A DNA stretch of 64,000 nucleotides, taken from positions 16,864,001 to 16,928,000 of the forward strand of contig OX597840.1 in assembly GCA_951406725.2 (NCBI GenBank). The letters are read 5' to 3'. The first letter of the stretch is position 1, and each line of letters begins with the position of its first letter. This stretch comes from Octopus vulgaris (lineage: Eukaryota). The notes beneath the pieces are model-generated. The model saw only the letters and a program-made list of their open reading frames with translations, made no database searches and was not told the DNA's origin. Shown here in pieces: positions 55,547 to 64,000 of the stretch. The translations under genes and the position numbers were made by a program.

Positions 55547-55997
55547 CGCAGGAGTGGCTGTGTGGTAAGTAGCTTGCTTACAAGCCACATGGTTCTGGGT
55601 TCATTCCCCCTGCGTGCCACTTTGGGCAAGTGTTTTCTACTATAGCCTCGGGTTGACCAAAGCCTTGTGAGTGGATTTGGTAGACAGAAACTGAAAGAAA
55701 CCCGTCGTAAATATGTATATATACGTGTGTGTGTGTGTGTGTATGCGTGCGTCTGTGTGTGTGTGTGTGTGTGTGTGTTTGTGTGTATGTTTGTGTGTCT
55801 GTGTTTGTACCCCCAACATCGCTTGACAACCGATGCTGGTGTGTTTACGTCCCCGTAACTTAGCAGTTTGGCAAAAGAGACTGATAGAATAAGTACTAGG
55901 CTTACAAAGAATAAGTCCCGGGGTGGATTTGCTCGACTAAAGGCGGTGCTCCAGCATGGCCAGAGTCAACTGACTGAAACAAGTAAAGAGAAAGAGA
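55547..55997 (+). mobile_element. SINE family A, full length
   Basis: CGCAGGAGTGGCTGTGTGGTAAGTAGC...TGACTGAAACAAGTAAAGAG. Confidence 0.92.
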
Positions 55998-56599
55998 TAT
56001 TATGTCCTTCCGTTTTTTAGGACAATGAGGTATTTTTTAAGCGAATTTGGTTGCACTTTCTCCCAGTTCGAGCGGCCATACAGTGGCTCTGCCTGCTGCT
56101 GCTGCTGTTTTTGTTGTTTCTGTTGTTGCTAATGCTGTGACTCCTGTTGCTCTTTTTATTAGTGTATTTGCTGTAGTTGCTATTGTTACTACATGCGCTA
56201 TTACTTCTGCTGCTGCTGCTGCTGCTGTTGTTGTTGCTTCAATTAAATAGCATACTTATCAGGCAACAACAATACAACAACCATCATCATCATCATTGCC
56301 ATCATTCACGTCTCCATCAACCACCACCACCACCACCGCCACCACCACCACCACCGCCACCGCCACCACCATCACCACCATCGAGCCAATCGCATCTGCA
56401 CGCAAACATGCACACACATGCGTACACACACACACACACACACACATACATACGTACTTCAACGCAACTCTATTTACATGTATAAATACACGCATACATC
56501 TACACACACACACACACATGTATATACATACATCTACGCTCGCTGCTATACATTCACACATGCTCACACGTACGCACAAATACATATAAACACCGTGAC

Positions 56600-57295
56600 A
56601 TACACAACTACTTAACGCTGCAGATATACACACATTCACACACAGTCACACACAACGACACACCAAACTACACACATCCCTACACACATGTGCACATATA
56701 TTTATACCTACACACACATACATACACATTCACACACAACTACATACATCACTACATACACACATGCACACATATCTATACCTATACACACACACACACA
56801 CACATACAGCTACACACGCATACACACACCTTCGCACAGAACCACATACACAACTACATACAACCCTGCACACACACATGCGCACAGATATATATCTATA
56901 CCCCCACACACACACACGAACAGCTACACACACATACACATACACACACACTCACACGACCACACATACACAATTACATACATCCCTACACACACGCATG
57001 CACACATATATATCTATACCCACATACACACACACACGCACAACTACACACGCATACATACTCATTCACACACAACGACACACGGTTACATACATCTCTA
57101 TTTCCACACATGCACACATATATCTATACCCATACACACACACACACACACGCACGACTACACACGCATACACACTCTCTCACACACAATCACACACACA
57201 ACTACGTACATACCTACATACACACATGCACACATACATATCCACACACCCACACACACACGCATACACACAGCTACACATGCGTACGCACACAA
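56600..57295. repeat. Higher-order ~110-bp CA-rich minisatellite
   Basis: Recurring unit CATGCACACATATATCTATACC..CACACA..CTACACACGCATACAC..CACAACTACATAC, about 5-6 copies. Confidence 0.75.
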
Positions 57296-57999
57296 AATAC
57301 TTGTTATCGGCCATCAGCAGGCAGGCCTGCCATGCAACAGTGTCGAGAGCCCCAGTTCGCTTGCAGAGATGCGCTCAACGAAGATGGCATCGTTAAGTGT
57401 TAACTTCCCTCTCACGACAGCTAACATGTTTCAACTTCAATCACGCTACTATTGACACAAAGTGCGTAATGTGTGCACTGACGCATGCACTGTACTGCAA
57501 TATGTGTGTGTGTGATGCACATTTGCATGCAACACCGCCATAACACCAGAGTTGCTCGTATGTTTTCTGTGTCATGTAGTGCCTGTTACATTGTGATTCT
57601 GAGTCCAGCGCAGCTCAAATAAACTTTATCTTACATCTTTCCGAGATCGATAACATTATAACCAGGCGACAGAATAGGTAACTGGGTGGACGTCACCGAC
57701 CCCACCCCGGAAGTTGATGACGTCACAGCATCGCACCGCTCCAATGATCTTTACATGTGGGACGATGGTCTCAAAAGGTTATCGCCACGTCCACTGATTT
57801 TTGCTGGTGTGAGACGATGGCCATTCACAGTTGTGGTGGCCTACACTGAACCTAATATATTGAATTCATCGATTCATACTCAGGTTATCGATCACTGATG
57901 AATTAAAGGAAATGTTGAAGTGGGCAGGGATTGAACTCAAAATGTTAACGGACGTAATCACTCTATTTCCGACAACAGGTATATATATATATATATATG

Positions 58000-58069
<70 letters not shown>

Positions 58070-58129
58070 CAACAATTGAGTATGCGGCGAAGTAATTTAT
58101 TTTACTAAGCCCTTTTATATAATGTAATA

Positions 58130-58198
<69 letters not shown>

Positions 58199-58214
58199 TA
58201 TATGCATGCATGTA

Positions 58215-58564
<350 letters not shown>

Positions 58565-58697
58565 CATCTGTGTGTGTGTGTATATATATATTCCACTATG
58601 TATACGTACATTCATATATAAACATATGTGTATGTATATTATATATTCATACATGTATATATGTATATATATATATATATATATATGTATATGTATG

Positions 58698-58752
<55 letters not shown>

Positions 58753-58764
58753 GTGTGTATTTTG

Positions 58765-58797
<33 letters not shown>

Positions 58798-59509
58798 GCA
58801 CTGATCTGCTGTTATAAAGTCTGAATGTTAAGATGAAATATATTTTCCGAAATAACTTTTAGATATCAAAATAAATAAATAAAAAAGAATTAATTAATCC
58901 TCTAGATACTGGTTAATCCGCTAGTAACAAGGTTAATTTATATTACGCATTATGATATATTAATAACGAAAATTTAATTTCATAATTTCCATGTCTCTGT
59001 GACATTTAAGGTGCTACAAGATATATCTATATTTTATTAATTTATAGAATTGTCATTCGAAATACAAAAAAAAAAGGCTTTTTTTTCAGAGTGCTCATTT
59101 TGTTTTTTTCTTAAAAACGTAAGGGCTTGACGTTTGAAAAAAGATCATCTCTCCGCAATATGATGGTTCGCTTCACTAAACTTACTCTCGCTTTTGTTTG
59201 ACAAGCTATACACATATCTGCGTGTCGTCAAAAACCAGAGGCTGCGATTGCCTTTATAGACGTATTGTGTTCAAAAAACAATAAATTTCAAAGCTAGGCG
59301 AAAAGAAATCGCCCAGGAAGTGTGTTCGAGAGCGACAGAAACGTATTTCGCCATTGTTGCAGCTTCTCAATGTCACGTAATCGTGTCACTTCCGAAACGA
59401 AATTGAATCACTGATGGGCATATTTCCCGGACGAAAACTGCAGCCTCTATCTTTTCAAACTACACATGTATGTTGAATATGTTATAGTGATAATCTTATC
59501 GTTATTATC

Positions 59510-60056
59510 GAGTGAGAGAGCAGTGCATGCCATCAAAGTGACGAAATATACGAAGTCCAGTATACTCATCATGACTACCCGTCTGATAAGGGTACACTAG
59601 GCACATGCATCACAACCATATGTGCGCTACATGGTGATCTCATATCAAGATAAACAACACATGACCTTGCGGGTGGGGCCCAGCTAGAATTTTCTTCAGG
59701 TCGAGTAACCCATCCTGCTCAAAAGGTCCCTGAATAAGGGTTGTTTAAGGATGTTGAAGAAAATACCCATGTTTCCAGAGGTGAATTATTCAAACCCCAA
59801 AGAATCCCTCTCAACACATGGCTATGATGCTCCCCCACTACTTCTGCTCGTGATCAGAGATGCACATATCGTCAGCCACTAAGGGACATGGTCAACTGGT
59901 TACGGTCAAACAACTGACAAGCTAATCTGTGGTATTGAGCAGAATATTTGCTGTAGCCCATCTTTTATACCATTTCAAAACAATGTACATGATAACGTTT
60001 CCAATCAGTTAAGATCAGAAGCCACGAAAGCCACTGCCTGGTACTGCATCAGGGCA
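59510..60056 (-). mobile_element. Element C, full length
   Basis: Homologous to 47976-48497; flanked by TTATTATC on the left and (ATC)(ATT)n on the right. Confidence 0.82.
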
Positions 60057-60078
60057 TTTATCGTCATCATCATCATCA

Positions 60079-60197
<119 letters not shown>

Positions 60198-60607
60198 GTT
60201 ATCATAAAGTTGCTTCTATAGCATTTCGCAGATCAAGCATGTCCGTGCCAAAATTCTACAAACTGGCCATAACATTCCTTGTCATCGTTTGGCATAATTC
60301 TCATATGCACCTAGCAGTATCATTAAATCACTGTTGTCATAAGCAGTAAAATGCAGCTTTAAAACAATAAAACATCCATTCTTAAATCAAAACAATATCT
60401 CAGGATAAAACCATTCTAGAGCATCTTTAATTCAGCGTGAAATGTTGTTCTAACGACGACTGACTTAAAGCCTTATGTTAGTATCTTTTATGGGTATCTT
60501 GTGTTTGAAAACGAAACACATCGATAGCAGATGAAAATCATCCAGAAATGGTTGGTGAGAATGCTGGATGCGTTTCTGCTTCATTTTGGGAATATATATC
60601 ATTAAAT

Positions 60608-60893
60608 CAAAAGTTCTCAAACTGGGCGGTACTGCCCCCCTGGGGTGGATGCAAAGATCCAGTGAAACGCTAAAGAAAACTGGGAGTGATAATGGGGTGG
60701 CCAAAATGGGCGATAGATGTATAAACAACAAAATAATGGATTAATTTGGTTAAATTTTATTTGTGAAATCCTGCCGTTATAAATTTGATGCAGAGAGTGG
60801 CCTGTTTGTGATGGAAAATGGGGATGGTGGGGGTACTAGGAATATGGTTGGGTGCCAAACAGGCGGCAACCAGAAAAAGTTTGGGAACAATTG
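60608..60893. mobile_element. hAT (Charlie-like) MITE
   Basis: TIR CAAAAGTTCTCAAACT / AGTTTGGGAACAATTG; perfect 8-bp TSD CATTAAAT on both sides. Confidence 0.88.
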
Positions 60894-60919
60894 CATTAAA
60901 TGAATACAGGAGTTTTACG

Positions 60920-61515
<596 letters not shown>

Positions 61516-61556
61516 GTATACACACACAACACACACACGCGCACACACGCGCACAC

Positions 61557-61639
<83 letters not shown>

Positions 61640-61664
61640 GTTATTTCTGTATCAAATATAGTTG

Positions 61665-62200
61665 AGATGTGGCTGTGTGGTAAGAAGCTTGCTTCCCAAC
61701 CACATGGTTCCAGGTCAATCCCAGAGTGTGGAACCTTCGGTGGGTGCCTTCTACTAAAGGTTCGGGCCAACCAAAACCTTGTAAGTAGATTTGGTAGACA
61801 GAAACTGAAAGAAGCCTGTCGTGTGTGTGTGTCCATCTTTTATTTTTTTTTCCTTGTTTCAGTCATTAAACTGCGGCCATCCTGGGGTATCACCTTGAAC
61901 AATTTTGGCTCAATGAATCAACTGCATTAATTTTTCTAAGCCTGATTCTTATTCTATCGGTTTCTTTTGTCGAATCGCTAGTTTACGGATACGTAAACAC
62001 ACCAACACCAGTTATCTAAGTGTGACGGGAGACAAACACAGGCACAGAGACACATACACACACACACACACAAACAAACACTCAAACACACACGCACACA
62101 CAAGCACACACACACACGCACACACAAGCACACACAAGCACACACAAATGCACATACACACATACATATATCTATATTGATATCTATCTATCTATCTATC

Positions 62201-62241
<41 letters not shown>

Positions 62242-62493
62242 TTACTATTATGTTAAACTGTCGTATGTCCAAATTTGACCAATATTTTATCAATATTCAT
62301 TTTTGCTTGCCTTAGCCGGTTCTTTGGTCAAACTATCGTATCTCCAGCTGCTTCAGATACCAGTATATCAAAAGTTCTCAAAGAGTTGTACAGTAGTTTT
62401 GCTATGGAATAGTGAAATTATTTTTTCGTTTTCTGTAAAAGCAATGTTTTGGATTTACGACACTTATGCATAATAGCGACGACACATATATAT

Positions 62494-62549
<56 letters not shown>

Positions 62550-62761
62550 TTGTGTGTGTGTTTATACCCCACCATCGCTTGACAAGCGATGTTGGTGTGT
62601 TTACGTCTCCGTAACCTAGCGGTTTGGCAAAGAGTCCGATAGAATAAGTGCTAGGCTTACAAAGAATAAGTCCTGGGATCGATTTCTTCGACTAAAAACC
62701 CTTTAAGGCGGTGTTCCAGCATGGCCGCAGCTGAATGACTGAAACAAATAAAAGAATAAAA

Positions 62762-62765
<4 letters not shown>
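61665..62765. mobile_element. SINE family A pieces (head +61665-61825; tail -61845-62050; tail +62555-62765)
   Basis: Consensus head and tail motifs in both orientations. Confidence 0.75.
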
Positions 62766-62824
<59 letters not shown>

Positions 62825-63239
62825 AATAGATAAAGAGGAACGGAAATTATGTGGGAGAGGTCACAGTTGGGTGTAAATTTCGACATCACTTAGTCGTATG
62901 TTTATGTTGGAGAGCAACGGGTGTTGGATATCGAAAACGATGAATTTCCAATTCTCACGCTGAACGCCCTTATAGCAGCGACCCTCAGGTCCTTTTACAT
63001 TTTTAATTAACCTCTGTCAAGTTGAAGACGTGTGGAGGTCAAATTTCAGCTTTACATTTCGTGCCTTTGTCGATCGATAACAATAATTATCATTTCCCTC
63101 CAAAAGTTTTGGTAACGTGGATCGATGTGGAAAGTCAATACAGTTCGGCATTTGGAATATTATTAAGACACCATAATGGTGCCGGGGGGGGGGGGGTTGA
63201 GAGGGCACCAATATAACAGAAAGGCAATTAATATTGGTT

Positions 63240-64000
63240 ACTAATTTTGGAACACGGCCAGGAGTTTTAGGGGACTGGTAAGACGATTATATCGATCCCC
63301 AGTGCTCAACTGGTACTTATTTTATCAAACCCCGGAAGGATGTAAAGCAAGGTCAACCTCGGCGGAATTTGAACTCAGAATGTAATGCGGGTCGAAAGGC
63401 CGCAAAGCATTTTGCTCGGTGTGCTAACAATTTTGCCATCTGCCACCTTCGAATGGCAATTACATTCCTTTCTACTCTTGGCACAAAGCCTGAAACTTGG
63501 AGGGAGGAGACTAGTTGATTACACCGACTCCAGTGTTTCACTGGTACTTAATTTATCGACCCCGAAAGGATGAAAGGCTAAGTCAACCTCGGCGGAATTT
63601 GAACTCAGAATATAAAGACAGACGAAATACCTATTTCTTTACTACCCACAAGGGGCTAAACACAGAGAGGACAAATAAGGCCAGACAAACGGATTAAGTA
63701 GATTTAATCGACCCTGAAAGGATGAAAGGCAAAGTCGACCTCTTTATTGCCCACAGGGTGTTAAACAGAGGAGTAAACAAGGACAGACAAAGGGATTAAG
63801 TCGATTACATCGACCCCAGTGCGTAACTGGTACTTAATTTACCGAATTGTTAGAGCATCGACAAGATCCTTAATTGTATTTCTTTCGACTCTTTGCATTC
63901 CTTAAGGCGGCGAACAGGCAGAATCGTTAGCACGACGGCAAAAATGCTTAGCAGCATTTCGTCCGTCTTTACGTTCTGAGTTCAAATCCCGCAGAGGTCA
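63240..64000. mobile_element. SINE family B cluster (minus copies 63240-63840; plus copy from 63904 running off the window)
   Basis: Core motifs GGATGAAAGGC..GTCAACCTCGGCGGAATTTGAACTCAGAA and AAGGCGGCGAACAGGCAGAATCGTTAGCAC. Confidence 0.85.

Overview
AT-rich, microsatellite-dense eukaryotic DNA. The SINE repertoire and 5S sequence look like an octopus or other coleoid cephalopod; this is inferred, not database-verified. No intact host protein-coding gene is recognisable, and nearly all listed ORFs are simple-repeat translations. The window is a transposon graveyard. It holds a TIR-bounded, decayed hAT (DUF4371/ZMYM1-like) transposon with a nested SINE, and two non-autonomous Helitrons. It has a young and an old R4/Dong-type retrotransposon in (TAA)n arrays, plus a ~550-bp non-coding TAA-flanked companion element. 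There are three 3' fragments of a Tx1/L1-like LINE, and CRE, RTE, Penelope GIY-YIG and mariner fragments. It also has several MITEs, about 30 copies or fragments of three tRNA-derived SINE groups, and a 5S rRNA pseudogene. The main hunt results: (i) about ten hammerhead-ribozyme-like motifs from several unrelated short elements, one near-intact and one pair in a retrozyme-like tandem; (ii) a SINE whose 3' tail matches the Tx1-like LINE end; (iii) a TAA-targeting R4 cluster with a possible non-autonomous partner; (iv) a ~300-nt fold-back hairpin. All were read by eye and coordinates are approximate to a few bases.
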